Shown: positions 50,167 through 62,491 of the stretch, piece by piece
Position numbering within the stretch: the first letter of the stretch is position 1
How the letters are laid out: each line of letters starts with the position of its first letter
NCBI GenBank assembly: GCA_965178295.1
Contig: CBCXTT010000002.1
Location: 240,381-304,380, forward strand
Length of the DNA: 64,000 nt
DNA from: Alphaproteobacteria bacterium
GTDB lineage: Bacteria; Pseudomonadota; Alphaproteobacteria; UBA7879
Direction of reading: 5' to 3'
Translations under genes and position numbers: made by a program
The notes under the pieces: model-generated
Seen by the model: only the letters and a program-made list of their open reading frames with translations
Database searches by the model: none
What the model was told of the DNA's origin: nothing

Positions 50167-53100
50167 ATGGAATTTGCGCGCCATTTTACGACTGAAGGGC
50201 AATCGCCCTATGCGAGGGTATCTTTCAAAAAAACGTCATGTGAGATTAGAAATCCCGATGGTTCGGTTGTATTTATGCTAGATGATGTTGAGGTGCCCAC
50301 GGCTTGGTCTCGGGTCGCATCCGATGTTTTGGCACAAAAATATTTTCGTAAGGCTGGTGTGCCAAAATTTCTTAAGACCGTTTCCGAACAAGATGTGCCT
50401 CAATGGTTATGGCGACATAAAGCAGATAAAAATGCATTATCAGCGCTTAAAGAAAAAGATCGCTATGTTTCAGAATCGCGCTCAACCCAAGTTTTTGATC
50501 GCATGGCGGGTGCATGGACATATTGGGGCTGGAAAGGTGGATATTTTTCCAGTGAGAAAGACGCCCAAGTGTTTAATGATGAATTGCGCTATATGCTTTG
50601 TCACCAGATGTGTGCACCGAATTCTCCGCAATGGTTTAATACTGGCCTGCATTGGGCCTATGGCATTAATGGACCTGCGCAAGGACACTACTATATAGAT
50701 CCAGACACACAAGAACCTGTATCGTCAACTAGCTCTTATGAACGACCTCAGCCACACGCGTGCTTTATTCAAAGCGTTAAAGATGATTTGGTGAATGAAG
50801 GTGGTATCATGGATCTTTGGGTACAGGAGGCTCGGCTCTTTAAATATGGGTCTGGCACCGGATCTAATTTCTCCAGAATTCGTGGTAACGGAGAACCCTT
50901 ATCTGGTGGTGGGCGATCTTCTGGAATGATGAGCTTTTTGCGCATTGGAGATCGTGCTGCAGGAGCGATTAAATCTGGCGGCACAACGCGTCGTGCAGCG
51001 AAGATGGTAACAGTTGATGTAGACCATCCTGATATTGAGGAGTATATTAACTGGAAAGTTGCAGAAGAGCAGAAAGTAGCCGCGTTGGTTACGGGGTCTA
51101 AGCAGCTGAAGAAACATCTAACGTCTATTATGAACGCATGCCATGACGGTGAGGTGACTGCAACAGATCCACAGTTAAACAGCATACTGAACTCAACTAT
51201 TAAGGCAGCGCGTGCGGCCTCTGTGCCAGACAACTGTATTCAGCGCATCCTTCAGCTCGCAGAACAAGGAAAAACAACATTTCGAGTAGAAGAATTTGAT
51301 ACTGACTGGACGTCAGAGGCATATGTTACGATCTCAGGACAAAATTCTAACAACTCTGTGCGCGTGACAAATGATTTTTTAAATCGTGCGATTGATGGAA
51401 AAACTTGGGATTTAATTCGTCGTACGGATGGCAAGATTGCAAAAACTGTTGATGCAAACACGCTATGGAATGACATTGCGTACGCTGCGTGGGCATGTGC
51501 CGATCCTGGTGTGCAATTCGATACAACGATTAATGAGTGGCATACATGTCCTAACAGTGGGCGTATTAATGCTTCGAATCCCTGTTCCGAGTACATGTTT
51601 TTGGATGATACAGCTTGCAATTTAGCGTCTATTAATCTTATGCACTTTTATACACCAGAGGCAGCCCAAGCGTTTGATGTGGCGGGATATAAATATGCTA
51701 TACGTCTTTTGACCGTTATGTTGGAGGTGTCTGTTTATATGTCGCAGCTACCCTCTAAAGCGCTGGCTATTGGCACATATGATTTTCGCACGCTTGGCCT
51801 GGGTTATGCAAATATAGGCGGTCTTTTGATGTCTATGGGTCTGCCCTATGATAGCGGTGAAGGGCGTGCACTTTCTGGTGCATTGGCAGCAATTATGACA
51901 GGAGTTTCCTATGAAACATCTGCTGAAATGGCGGGCGCACTAGGTGCTTTCTCTAAATACAAAGACAATGCACAAGATATGTTGAGAGTGATACGTAATC
52001 ATCAGCGTGCGGTATATGGGGAGCGCGATGGATATGAGAAACTTGAAATACTACCTGTGCCGCTTGACCACAAAAATTGTCCTATTCCTTCATTGATTGC
52101 AGAGGCAAAGCGTGCGTGGGATCGCGCCCTTGCTCTAGGCGAAAAGAATGGCTATAGAAATGCGCAAACAACAGTGATTGCCCCAACGGGCACAATTGGG
52201 CTTGTCATGGATTGTGATACGACCGGTATAGAGCCCGATTTTGCCTTAGTAAAATTTAAAACACTTGCAGGGGGTGGGTATTTTAAAATAATTAATAAGA
52301 TGGTGCCTAATGCTCTGAAGAAGCTAGGATACACCCGGGCACAAATTGAAGATATGATTTTGTATGCTACAGGGCATGGGACACTTGAAGGCGCCCCTGG
52401 TGTGAACTTCTCGGCCCTTAGGGAGAAAGGATTTACAGATGATATTCTTGCAGCGCTGAAGGATGGACTGAAGACAGATTTTGATATTACGTTTTCTTTT
52501 AACAAATGGTCCTTAGGAGAGGATTTTTGTCGCGATGTTCTTGGTTTGAGCAATGCACAGCTTGAGGATTCATCATTAGATATTTTACGCCACCTAGGCT
52601 TTTCTCGTCAGGATATTGATAGTGCGAATGCCTTTTGTTGTGGAACAATGACTCTAGAGGGTGCTCCGCATTTACAGGAGAAGCATTTGCCGGTCTTTGA
52701 TTGCGCGAATCTATGTGGTCGCCTGGGTACAAGGCATCTATCAGCAGAAAGTCATATTCGTATGATGGCAGCCGCACAACCTTTTTTGTCGGGGGCTATT
52801 TCTAAAACAATTAACATGCCATGCAATGCCAAAATTAAGGATTGTAAAACGGCCTATGAGCTGTCTTGGGCGTTAGGGCTTAAATCTAATGCACTGTATC
52901 GCGATGGATCTAAATTGTCTCAACCATTGAGTACCAGTTTTTTAGGTGTAGAAGATGATGATCCGATAGCGGATATTGATACACTGAATATGGTCTCTTC
53001 GGAAACGGCACGGACAACCCAGATTGTTGAAAAGATAATAGAGCAGGTGATTCACAATCATGAGCGTCGTCCATTGCCGCTGCGTCGCAAAGGATATACG

Positions 53101-53805
53101 CAAAAAGCCTCGGTTGGAGGGCATAAGGTATATCTGCGTACGGGCGAATATAGAGACGGAACACTTGGTGAGATTTTCATTGATATGCACAAAGAAGGTG
53201 CTGCGTTTCGAAGTTTGATGAATAACTTTGCTATGGCAATATCTATAGGCCTGCAATACGGTGTGCCACTAGACGAATTTGTGGAGGCCTTTACGTTTAC
53301 GCGTTTTGAACCAGCTGGCACAGTGACTGGTAATGATGTGATTAAAGTAGCGACTTCTATCCTTGATTACATTTTTCGTGAATTGGCAATTTCCTACGCA
53401 GGACGCTCAGATTTAGCTCACGTCAGTTTAGATTTGACTCCTGACACGGTGGGTGAGGTGTCCAAGTATGGAATGACGCCACCGGATATGGACAGCGATG
53501 AGAAAGACAGCGCAACCAGTACTGGATTTATACGGAGTAACTTATATGTGCTTCAAGGCGGGCGTGAGCGCAACAATATGCCGCCCCACCAATATGAAGC
53601 AACTTCAGCTGTAGTGACAGATGAAGCAGAGCCTGAAACAGGAGATGCACAAGCGGATTTTAAATCCAAACCTAGCGCTGCAGAGAAAGCGCGTCTTCAG
53701 GGATTTGAGGGAGATGCGTGTCATGACTGCGGTAACTTCACACTTGTGCGGAATGGGACTTGTTTTAAGTGCAATACGTGCGGTAGTGCAAGCGGGTGTT
53801 CTTAA
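50167..53805 (+). CDS. nrdJ: Class II (adenosylcobalamin-dependent) ribonucleotide reductase
   Basis: About 1210 aa from ATG 50167 ([15 protein letters not shown]), with [21 protein letters not shown] and [23 protein letters not shown]-terminal Cys-rich tail ([27 protein letters not shown]) resembles the zinc-finger tail described for many class II RNRs. Confidence 0.95.
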   Translation: MEFARHFTTEGQSPYARVSFKKTSCEIRNPDGSVVFMLDDVEVPTAWSRVASDVLAQKYFRKAGVPKFLKTVSEQDVPQWLWRHKADKNALSALKEKDRYVSESRSTQVFDRMAGAWTYWGWKGGYFSSEKDAQVFNDELRYMLCHQMCAPNSPQWFNTGLHWAYGINGPAQGHYYIDPDTQEPVSSTSSYERPQPHACFIQSVKDDLVNEGGIMDLWVQEARLFKYGSGTGSNFSRIRGNGEPLSGGGRSSGMMSFLRIGDRAAGAIKSGGTTRRAAKMVTVDVDHPDIEEYINWKVAEEQKVAALVTGSKQLKKHLTSIMNACHDGEVTATDPQLNSILNSTIKAARAASVPDNCIQRILQLAEQGKTTFRVEEFDTDWTSEAYVTISGQNSNNSVRVTNDFLNRAIDGKTWDLIRRTDGKIAKTVDANTLWNDIAYAAWACADPGVQFDTTINEWHTCPNSGRINASNPCSEYMFLDDTACNLASINLMHFYTPEAAQAFDVAGYKYAIRLLTVMLEVSVYMSQLPSKALAIGTYDFRTLGLGYANIGGLLMSMGLPYDSGEGRALSGALAAIMTGVSYETSAEMAGALGAFSKYKDNAQDMLRVIRNHQRAVYGERDGYEKLEILPVPLDHKNCPIPSLIAEAKRAWDRALALGEKNGYRNAQTTVIAPTGTIGLVMDCDTTGIEPDFALVKFKTLAGGGYFKIINKMVPNALKKLGYTRAQIEDMILYATGHGTLEGAPGVNFSALREKGFTDDILAALKDGLKTDFDITFSFNKWSLGEDFCRDVLGLSNAQLEDSSLDILRHLGFSRQDIDSANAFCCGTMTLEGAPHLQEKHLPVFDCANLCGRLGTRHLSAESHIRMMAAAQPFLSGAISKTINMPCNAKIKDCKTAYELSWALGLKSNALYRDGSKLSQPLSTSFLGVEDDDPIADIDTLNMVSSETARTTQIVEKIIEQVIHNHERRPLPLRRKGYTQKASVGGHKVYLRTGEYRDGTLGEIFIDMHKEGAAFRSLMNNFAMAISIGLQYGVPLDEFVEAFTFTRFEPAGTVTGNDVIKVATSILDYIFRELAISYAGRSDLAHVSLDLTPDTVGEVSKYGMTPPDMDSDEKDSATSTGFIRSNLYVLQGGRERNNMPPHQYEATSAVVTDEAEPETGDAQADFKSKPSAAEKARLQGFEGDACHDCGNFTLVRNGTCFKCNTCGSASGCS

Positions 53806-55641
53806 GACCAAAAATGGGCGCACGATGATTGTCAAACCGTGAGTGCAAAGCGGCGTCCTACACTCTTTTGGAGGCTATCGTTTATGCGCGCTATTCTCTG
53901 TAAATACATAGGCGCGAGGGGTACTTGATCTGTCAACATTTTTCAGGTATTGGTGGCTTTTTTATGCCTAAGGCATCACATTTTTTTAGGATATTTTTGC
54001 ATTGAGTAATTTAGAAAATTTTTTCCGGATCCTCTGACTGCGCACTCTGTTGCAGATTCAGAGGCCCTGAACTATCTGTAGATAGTGTGCCAATCGTCTA
54101 TTGCACGAGTGCAGGCGTATCTGGTCTGTATTTATCTATTGCGCCTGATTTGCATTGTGTCTGTTCCGTTTTATGTGGTGCTTCATCTTACTATAAGAAT
54201 TTTTTAGTATAGTATCGCTATTGTGGAGAATAGGTGCTCTCTTGATCAGACGGATACAGTATGGATGATGCAGAAGCGCATCCGTCTGTATTTGATGCTG
54301 CAATGCTCCCGCTCACAACAGATTTGCACAGAATTGTTGTATCGGTTAGATGATAGAAAGATGATTTTGAACTACCGCACGCATTAACAGATACGCACAA
54401 TGATTGGAGATACTATTTGATAATGACATATATATCTGAGCGACTATGAGTTAGACACTAATACTGTGTTGTAGGCTATGCGTCCTGTGCTTTCCTATTT
54501 TGCATTGTCACTGCATTACACTATTTCGAAAGTTTTTTCCTACCCAGTGTCTTCTATGATTAGTACAGCATTTTCTATATGACAAGCCTCCTGTGTCCTT
54601 GAAATCCTATTGCAGAGAGGATTCTGAGTGTTGGCTTGTGTCACTTCTGAATGGCGTGCATGATGCAGCCTGTCGGCCCTGTCAGGCAATTCCTTTTCCT
54701 CTTCGAGATGCCATGCCTGTAGACATGCTGATATACTTAAATACTCACGGTTCATAATGGTTGGACGTGGGTATACCTGACCTACCTACTCCTAGAGGGG
54801 GTTCGTATGTTAGTATGCGCGCGGTGGTGTACGGGGAAGCGGATTTCTCCATACGGTGGTTGGTCTTCGGGGGGGGTGTTCTCTATCGGCTGACACTACA
54901 AATCATCATATCCCCCAAAAAACGCTGACCAACTCTCCCCGAGCAATGCAGGAAACGGCAACAATAATTAGTACGCTTTTTAAACAGGTCTTTTTGAGCG
55001 CTTTTTTGCGCGTATATTGACTGTTTCTTTATCAGATATAGTGCCTATCTACTGTTTAGGGTATACCCAAAAAACTGCAGGCCCAAGGCGAAGGTAATCC
55101 CTGAATTCTGGAGATTGATGTATTGTTGGACTTGTCGTTATCTTGCACCTTAGTTATTTCTCTGCTTGGTTTTGTTAACTCATATTCTTATGTTGCGCGA
55201 GAACAGATAGACGTTCTATGAACGGGCGGTTGAAAAAGCCTGGAATGCTTAGTGTGTGCGCTTTTCGTGGCGATTCTTTTCTTTTGCTTAGATGTCCGTA
55301 TGGCCTCTATTCCTTATTTTCTATAAGATAGCATAATAAAGATGGGGCAGGGTATCAGAGAATACTTTTCTGCATATTCTTAATCTACTTTCAAGATTTG
55401 CAAGGATTTTGCGTACAGCCTACAATTTTAGCAATCACAGCATTAAAGATAGAACACTCAAAATGTGCTTACTTTTTAGGTTGGGGGGGGAGTTATGTGG
55501 TTCTAGGAGTGCATGAAAGGCGTGCCTGTAACATTTATGCATACGCTGTTTTTTTTGTAACAGGATCACGATGTGCGATATTTTTTTGTTCGACAAGAAT
55601 TATAGTGCGTCTATTGGAATAGACGATCGATCCTCCTTTTT

Positions 55642-56208
55642 TCAAATGTCAGTAGTGACCCATTTAACAGACAGCCCATAATTTTTAGTGTGTTTTACAA
55701 GCAAACTACGCAAGATAAAATAGGCAATAATAAACGTGAGGATGTTTTCACCTAAAAGAAGCCAACAAGGCTTTGATCGCTGCATATAAAAAAAATCACT
55801 TAAAACGAGAGGGGTTGTAAATAATTCGAGACGCCAAATCCATCGCCACCAGAATTTTGCATGACCGTAGGGTTGACTCAATACAAGAGTGCCATGTATG
55901 CGTTGGTTATACATGGTATAAGGGCGATATATTGCACAGCATACAAGAAAAAATGTAAGAGCGCTCCAGCTTAGGTAGCTTATTGCTTTCATCCCAAGAA
56001 AAGCATATTTTGTGTAGAGTGCAGGATATATATATACTGTCGGGTCCATTGCAAAGGCGAAAAAAGTAGGCGAGCATTGTACATTGAGGCCCTTCATGCT
56101 AAGCCACATGCTCATACACACAATACAAGTGACAAGAGTACCAACCCAGGTCATGCGCCATAGAACAAGCCATGCTAAATATGACACCTTATCAAGGCAC
56201 TTTACCAT
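55642..56208 (-). CDS. Hypothetical Trp-rich integral membrane protein
   Basis: 188-aa ORF with 4-5 hydrophobic segments, 27 nt downstream of the ABC-F stop on the same strand. I recognise no family motif; it contains CIVC and FWWRWIWRL. Confidence 0.5.
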   Translation of the reverse strand: MVKCLDKVSYLAWLVLWRMTWVGTLVTCIVCMSMWLSMKGLNVQCSPTFFAFAMDPTVYIYPALYTKYAFLGMKAISYLSWSALTFFLVCCAIYRPYTMYNQRIHGTLVLSQPYGHAKFWWRWIWRLELFTTPLVLSDFFYMQRSKPCWLLLGENILTFIIAYFILRSLLVKHTKNYGLSVKWVTTDI

Positions 56209-56234
56209 AAATTTATTTTATCCACACGTTTTAT

Positions 56235-57854
56235 TCATGGTCTGTGTTTTTTTCGCTCCTTATTGTTTGCCTTTTTAGGTTTATTTTTATTCCATTTCAC
56301 TCCTAAAATATCCTGGTAATAGTCATTCAAGTTACCATCAAAGGAGGAAATGGTTCCGACTTGAGCAACCCATATTTTATGTGTTGTAACTTCTAACAGA
56401 TTCCAGTCATGACTAATTAAAATAACAGCGCCATTAAAATTGTTGATTGCAATAGCCAAGGATTCTCTTGTTTCAATATCTAAGTGGTTTGTCGGTTCAT
56501 CTAAGATTAATAGATGTGGTTTATTATAGCTCAGCTCAGCAAAGACAACCCTTGTTTTTTCGCCACCCGATAAGTTGCCCATACGTGTTTCAATCTGGTC
56601 TGACGATATGCCAAATCGTCCCAAGAAAGCACGTACTTTTTCATTCGTGGCCTCTTTCATGAAGCGAGAAAAATATGCGTAAGGTGTTTGGTCCATTGGC
56701 AGCTCATCCGTCTGATGTTGCTGGAAAAATCCGACTTTAAAGTTATTATAGACTAGACGCTTCCCCTTTAATGGATCAAGAGCACCCGAAATGATTTTTG
56801 CAAATGTACTTTTACCATTTCCATTAGGTCCTAACAAGGCGATTCGATCATCTGGGTCAAGTCTTTGGTTGAGATTTCTTAGTACAATATTGCTTCCATA
56901 GCCAGCTGACACGTTTTCTAACGTTAATAGAGGAGGCGCACACTTTGCAACATTGGGAAATGAAAGTGTTAAAGTAGGGTCGTTGTGTATGAGGCGTACT
57001 TCTTCCATTTTTTCTAATCGTTTAATTCGGCTTTGTGCCTGTTTTGCCTTTTTTGCTTGTGCGCGAAAGCGATCAACGAAGCTCTGTAAATGTGTACGTA
57101 TTTTCTCCTGTTTTGCAGCCGATGCACGTCTTTGTGCTGTGAGCTCTAGAAATTTATTTTCATAATCATCAAAATTACCTCTATAAAAAGTAATCTCTTT
57201 ATTGTGAATATGAAAAACACCATCTGCAATCTCATTGATAATATAACGGTCATGACTAATAAGCAGTAATGCTTTTGGATATGTTTTTAAATATTTTGTG
57301 AGCCAAAGCGTTGATTCTAGATCTAAGTGGTTGCTCGGTTCATCTAGTAAGAGGAGGTCAGGAGTGAGAAACAGGGAAGATGCCAGTGCAATACGCATTT
57401 TCCACCCTCCTGAAAATGAAGAGATAGGCCGTATCTGATCTGCGTGTGAAAAACCAAGACCAAGTAATATTTTTGCAGCACGTGCATCTGCTGTATATGC
57501 CTCAATTTTATTGAGGCGTTCGCAAATGTCTGAAATATCTTGTGCGTCTGTTGAAATTTCAATGCGCTTCATCAAGTCTGTGTATTCCGCATCACTTGCG
57601 AGCACAAATTCAATGGGAGTTGCATCTCCAGAAGGCGTTTCTTGTCGCACTGTTGCAATTTTAATCCCATTTTGCGTTGTGATTACCCCATGATCTGGGT
57701 TATCAGACCCTAATATCAGTCGGAAGAGTGTGCTTTTTCCAATACCATTACGGCCTACAATTGCGGCATTCTGGCCCATGGATAGGTGCAATGATGCGTG
57801 ATCAAAGAGTGTGCGGCCCTGTATTCGGTATGTAATATCTTGTATGTCGAGCAT
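56235..57854 (-). CDS. ABC-F family ATPase (no TM domain)
   Basis: 539 aa with two ABC modules (GRNGIGKST / LSGGWKMR / LLLDEPSNHLD and GPNGNGKST / LSGGEKTR / LILDEPTNHLD), an inter-domain linker and a basic C-terminal tail. Confidence 0.9.
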   Translation of the reverse strand: MLDIQDITYRIQGRTLFDHASLHLSMGQNAAIVGRNGIGKSTLFRLILGSDNPDHGVITTQNGIKIATVRQETPSGDATPIEFVLASDAEYTDLMKRIEISTDAQDISDICERLNKIEAYTADARAAKILLGLGFSHADQIRPISSFSGGWKMRIALASSLFLTPDLLLLDEPSNHLDLESTLWLTKYLKTYPKALLLISHDRYIINEIADGVFHIHNKEITFYRGNFDDYENKFLELTAQRRASAAKQEKIRTHLQSFVDRFRAQAKKAKQAQSRIKRLEKMEEVRLIHNDPTLTLSFPNVAKCAPPLLTLENVSAGYGSNIVLRNLNQRLDPDDRIALLGPNGNGKSTFAKIISGALDPLKGKRLVYNNFKVGFFQQHQTDELPMDQTPYAYFSRFMKEATNEKVRAFLGRFGISSDQIETRMGNLSGGEKTRVVFAELSYNKPHLLILDEPTNHLDIETRESLAIAINNFNGAVILISHDWNLLEVTTHKIWVAQVGTISSFDGNLNDYYQDILGVKWNKNKPKKANNKERKKHRP

Positions 57855-57888
57855 ATTGTGTCCTTTTTAAGGGCAGTATTTCCTATGC

Positions 57889-57919
57889 AAAAAGCCTACC
57901 CCGTTTTGGGGCAGGCTTT
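57889..57919 (-). terminator. Intrinsic terminator downstream of rpsU
   Basis: The minus strand reads GCCTGCCCC-aaaac-GGGGTAGGC followed by TTTTT (9-bp stem with one A-C mismatch). It lies 25 nt after the rpsU stop. Confidence 0.65.
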
Positions 57920-57943
57920 CTAAAATCTCATTTTCCAAAGATC

Positions 57944-58144
57944 CTATCCGTCTCGGAGCATTTTTTTTCTTTTGAGCTTGAGGCAGCGTCTAATAGCCTC
58001 ATCTTTTTCACGTGCTTTGCGCTCAGAGGGCTTCTCATAATGACGACGGAGTTTCATTTCACGGAACAAACCTTCGCGTTGCATCTTCTTTTTCAAGACA
58101 CGCATTGCTTGGTCTATATTGTTGTCCCTGACATGTACTTCCAT
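57944..58144 (-). CDS. rpsU: 30S ribosomal protein S21
   Basis: 66 aa: [47 protein letters not shown]. Confidence 0.95.
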   Translation of the reverse strand: MEVHVRDNNIDQAMRVLKKKMQREGLFREMKLRRHYEKPSERKAREKDEAIRRCLKLKRKKMLRDG

Positions 58145-58235
58145 GGAAATTCACCTACTTTCTAGTACATACGTTCGAATGCCCACTATATATAGCCTCT
58201 AGTAAAAGTCAATAGGGATTTTTCGTGATTCCTCT

Positions 58236-59456
58236 TTAGTGTGTCGTGTCTGTGCAGAATCTTACGATACACAGATTCAAGGTGTTTCCAAGCTCAATCA
58301 CAATAAATGTACTACCTAGTGCAAACCACATATACAGAAAGGCTTTGTACCATAAAGCTAAGGATTTTTCTTTTTTATCAAGCTGCAACGCAATGTATGC
58401 TGGAAAAAGAGTGCTTAATATGAGGAGTGCCACAGCAGCAAAGGCAATTGCCTCGACAAAAATCTGTGGGGCAAGTACGACGACGACCAGAGGAGGGAGA
58501 AATGTGATGAGCCCTCTATTTAAGGGGTTATTGTATTTTTTTCCTTTGAGCATGTCTTCAACAACATTGAGTAGGCCCAATGCAACACCTAAAAAAGATG
58601 TGAGTAGAGCTAACTGAGAAAAGATATCGAGCGCTTTTGGTAACCATGCTGAGTGCGTTGCTTTACCGATGCAGGAAATGAGTATCGGGAGTGTTGTGCT
58701 TTCTTTCGCAGGTATATGACCCACAGTGCCAAAAATTATAATAAGCCAGCTTGCATAAATAATGAGTGGAATTGTCATTCCCCAAAGGAACACTTGACGA
58801 ATTGCTTTTTTTTGTTCTTTCCCCATGTAGGCTACTACACCCGGTAGACTGCCGTGAAAACCAAAAGTTGAGATAAACATTGGAATAAGCGCCCAGAATT
58901 TTAAAGGTATTGCTTGAAGGCGAGGTTGCAGAGAATCTACTTGGATTGCCTGAAATCCTAAAAATGAAACAGCAGTAAACACAGAAATTTTTCCTACAAA
59001 CAACCATCTGTTTGCATGGTCGATGATAGCTGTTTTAAAAACACAAATGATACCAAGAACCAAAATAAAGCCCAAAGATAGATATATAGATTGCATCTCT
59101 GGCCAGACTTGCTGAAGAAAGCTTGAAGCCCCAGAGGTGTAGGCGGCAATTAATGTGTAGGGCAGTCCCATTACAGCTAGCAATATGATTGTGCGTCCCC
59201 AGGGACCCAAGGTCTGCTGGGCCATGGTGTAAAAAGAACTTCCAGCTGGAAAATGATCGGATATTTTGAGACCAATCATTGAACTGGCAACCATAAAGAA
59301 CCAAGAACCTAGTAATAGCAATATTGTTTGTGTAAAGCCAATATCTAATGTTTGCAGGGGGAAAGCTAACATGCCTGCCCCAATCATTGTGCCTGCAACA
59401 ATAAGCGTGGAACCTATAGCTTTTTTAATGCGGTGCATTGTGTGCTCCTTGACCAT
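58236..59456 (-). CDS. Aromatic amino acid permease (HAAAP: Mtr/TnaB/TyrP family)
   Basis: About 11 TM segments, with N-terminal KKAIGSTLIVAGTMIGAGMLAFPL typical of the family. The start is set at internal ATG 59456 (ATG 59438 is an alternative); the ORF-track start at 59597 adds an implausible Cys-rich leader. Confidence 0.8.
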   Translation of the reverse strand: MVKEHTMHRIKKAIGSTLIVAGTMIGAGMLAFPLQTLDIGFTQTILLLLGSWFFMVASSMIGLKISDHFPAGSSFYTMAQQTLGPWGRTIILLAVMGLPYTLIAAYTSGASSFLQQVWPEMQSIYLSLGFILVLGIICVFKTAIIDHANRWLFVGKISVFTAVSFLGFQAIQVDSLQPRLQAIPLKFWALIPMFISTFGFHGSLPGVVAYMGKEQKKAIRQVFLWGMTIPLIIYASWLIIIFGTVGHIPAKESTTLPILISCIGKATHSAWLPKALDIFSQLALLTSFLGVALGLLNVVEDMLKGKKYNNPLNRGLITFLPPLVVVVLAPQIFVEAIAFAAVALLILSTLFPAYIALQLDKKEKSLALWYKAFLYMWFALGSTFIVIELGNTLNLCIVRFCTDTTH

Positions 59457-59956
59457 CTGTAGTACACAATAATCCTGAACAACGCATCTGTCTATTTTAT
59501 AGTAAGTATTTTCATGCACTGTATACTCAAAAGCTTTCTGTATGCGAGGAATACATTTGAGAGTACAGCGTATTTTGTATGCGCATTTGTGCCTCACCCT
59601 TTGATCTGCAGTATAGGATATCAGAAAAAAGTTTTCTTGACCTTCTGTGTCATAAGGTATCTGGAGACGTCTCTCGGCATAGGCCGGGGTCCTTTGCCCA
59701 CATGCTGGTCAATGTAATTCTGGGCCGTTTTGAGAGCCGTGTGCGCGCGTATCAGTCTATGAGTGTATTGGAATGATGCATCGATTGATCATGCCTGCTA
59801 GAAAAGTATAATATGCTATCAATATTGCTTGTATCCTGTTGCGTATTATATCCTGGGAATACGCAACAAGATGAATAGATATTTTGTATCCTCATGCAAT
59901 CGCATTGATGCGAGAGTTACTCTGAGAGTTTAAGAGTGTTGTCATGTGCTCTATAA

Positions 59957-60046
59957 TGGCGGAGGAGGTGGGATTCGAACCCACGGTACTTGGTTCAGCA
60001 CAACGGTTTTCGAGACCGCTCCATTCAACCGCTCTGGCACTCCTCC
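59957..60046 (-). tRNA. tRNA-Ser (anticodon CGA), CCA encoded
   Basis: The reverse complement is GGAGGAG-TG-...-GCGGT-CTCGAAA-ACCGT-(long variable arm GTGCTGAACCAAGTAC)-CGTGG-GTTCGAATC-CCAC-CTCCTCC-G-CCA. Confidence 0.9.
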
Positions 60047-61606
60047 GGTATATCGTTGTTTGCGGACCATAGTATATATTTTGTCATTCATCAAGGAATA
60101 GATTGCGTATCTTTTATACGAGCAAACACTTATTTCTATAAATTTATTTTTCCCTTAAATATTAGATAGCCTGAGTATAAATAATTTCTTAAGAGCCGTG
60201 AAGTGCATTGCACCCCTGCATCAACTCTGCAGTAGGAGCGTTTTTTGGGCGCGTATTAATTGAAGCAGGATTGACCAGTGAGTTTCAAGTGATTTACATG
60301 TATTCCGTCGCGCCTTTTTTGCAAGAGCTGTGTGGTAGCAGGCCAGTACAAAAAACTGCTGAAGATACTTATAGGTCATGCGCGTGCATCTTGCTTGTGT
60401 GCAGAAGATTGTGTGAAAGTTTTTTAGATTTTCATATTGATCAGCGGATTGCAAGTCTGGTGCATGTTACGGTATTGGTGCACTGGGGGGTATTAGAGAC
60501 TATCTTGGTCACTGGGCGCTGATGTTTTGTTAAAACAAGCTGTTCAGATGATGCGATATATCTTATTAAAAGAAAAGAAGGTTCTGCTTCTTTACAACAA
60601 GAGCACGTATCGCCTCTTGTTGAACTTTATAGGCCCATCATGGGATCGGTTCTCCTCTTTTTTATCAACTGCGGATTTTTTTAGGTTACTTTGTTACATG
60701 CAAGCGTAAAAAACGCAGATTTTGGGCCTATACCCCCCTGTTGTTCAAGTGATGAGCGTAACATTTTTGATTGCGCTATCGCATTGTAAATGCTCTTAAG
60801 GGATGGAGAGTATATCGACCACATCAATAGCACCACATTATATTGCGGTCTTTCTGCACCCGTGCTGCATCTATCAACATTGCAGCCCGTATAACTTCAG
60901 CCGATAGGGTGTGGGGTACGGTACGGACCAGACATCTAAGTCATATTGCAGTATGCTGGATCTTTTTTACGGCACACCCTCGAACAAGCGCCAAATCTAT
61001 CATCTGCTGCACCTCCCGCACTCCGGCCTTCCACATTTGGGTTCAGACTGTAAAAAGGTACGGGGGAAATCCGTACATTATATAGGCAAGATATAGGCAA
61101 GGTGCGCATACAGTGACAGGCAAAGGTCGCAAGAAATGATATATGCGTGGGGATAGCGGGGATCCGAGTATATATGAAGCTAGCTTTGCTAGGGATTTTC
61201 CTGTATTGCTGTATCTCGGTGGAGACTCTGATGATTCACTATTGCCCAAAGGCTCAAATTTTTTGTCTTCTTCCACAAATAATCGGTTTTTTGTATGCTA
61301 TATTGATAGGCGAACAAAAGTGACCCTATTTTCTGTTCTTACACTGTTATATTTGAGAGAGAGCCTGCAATGCGCATGGGGCAGCCCCCCTTCCGTGTTA
61401 ATCGGCCATCTTTATTGATGGGCATGATTATGTGCGCTACATACACCTGCCTAGTGTAGCTGAAGTTTTTGGAAGAGTCGGCAGATGTGTGTATTCTAAA
61501 AGAGCGGGGTATTGTAAAGAATGTGTCAAAAAGATAAAAATGGCAGGTTTTGTATCCGCTTAATTGGGCGTATGCTGACATAAATAATCTTTAGAAACGG
61601 TATTGT

Positions 61607-62487
61607 ATGTTACAAATTCGGCAGAAATTCTTCTCACATAATTTGTATGGCGCTTGCCTTATATTATGTGGTGGTGTAACTACTGCAGGTGCGAACGCAT
61701 TGACACATAGTCTATCCACAAAGTATGCTGCGATGCAGGTTTTATTTCTTAAAAGCCTGATTGGCTTGCTTGTGTTATGTGGAGTATGCAGGCGTCAACT
61801 ACGGGCTATTATATCGACCAATATTCTTGCTTATCATGCGCTGAAGGGTGTGTTTGGTGCGATCGGGAATTGGTTTTGGATAACAGCCCTTTTGTATCTT
61901 CCTCTTGCAGCGTGCTCTGCCCTATCTCTAACAAGTGCCCTTATGACTAGTATCGGTGGATGGATTATTTTCAAGGAACGATTTTATTGGCCGGTTCTTA
62001 TAGCAGGCTTATTTGGGTTTATGGGTGTTTATATTATTTTAGAACCTGGCTGGGCCTTATTTTCCTATTATGCTTTTTTTCCATTATTGTCTGCCGCTTC
62101 ATTTTCGGGCTCTTCTCTTTTGATTAAGAAATTAGCGATCTCTGACAGCTCGACTACAACGCTTTTTTATCTGATGTTGTTTATGACTCTTTTTTCCTCT
62201 ATCCCTGCTTTTTATGCCTGGGTGCCTTTTACAAACACAGATACATTGAAAACAATTAGTGTTGGGGCGTTCTATGCATTAACGCAGCTTTGTATTATTG
62301 AAGCGTATACGTATGCAGCAGCCTCATATATCGCACCCTTTAAATTTGTGCGTTTTCCCCTGAATGTTGCTTCAGGATTTTTATTTTTTCTTGAGGTACC
62401 GACCATAGTTACGCTTGTAGGAGCCGCCATCATTGCACTTGCTTATGGGTATTTATATTATTTTGAAAAAAAAACGATGAACGAGAC

Positions 62488-62491
<4 letters not shown>
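61607..62491 (+). CDS. EamA/DMT-family transporter
   Basis: 294 aa with 10 predicted TM segments in two EamA-like halves. Confidence 0.8.

Noticed and set aside
54800-54900. Possible cobalamin riboswitch downstream of the B12-dependent nrdJ (GGTGGTGTACGGGGAAGCGGATTTCTCC resembles GGGAA...GGTGAAAATCC)
   Set aside because: No B12 box (AGYCMGGAGACCKGCC-like) or downstream CCCGCAACTGT element could be found. The location between two convergent gene ends has nothing to regulate.
59457-61606. Genomic island or prophage remnant integrated at tRNA-Ser
   Set aside because: No integrase, transposase or phage-like ORF is present, and I could see no direct repeat of the tRNA 3' end. I report it only as an ORF-poor block.
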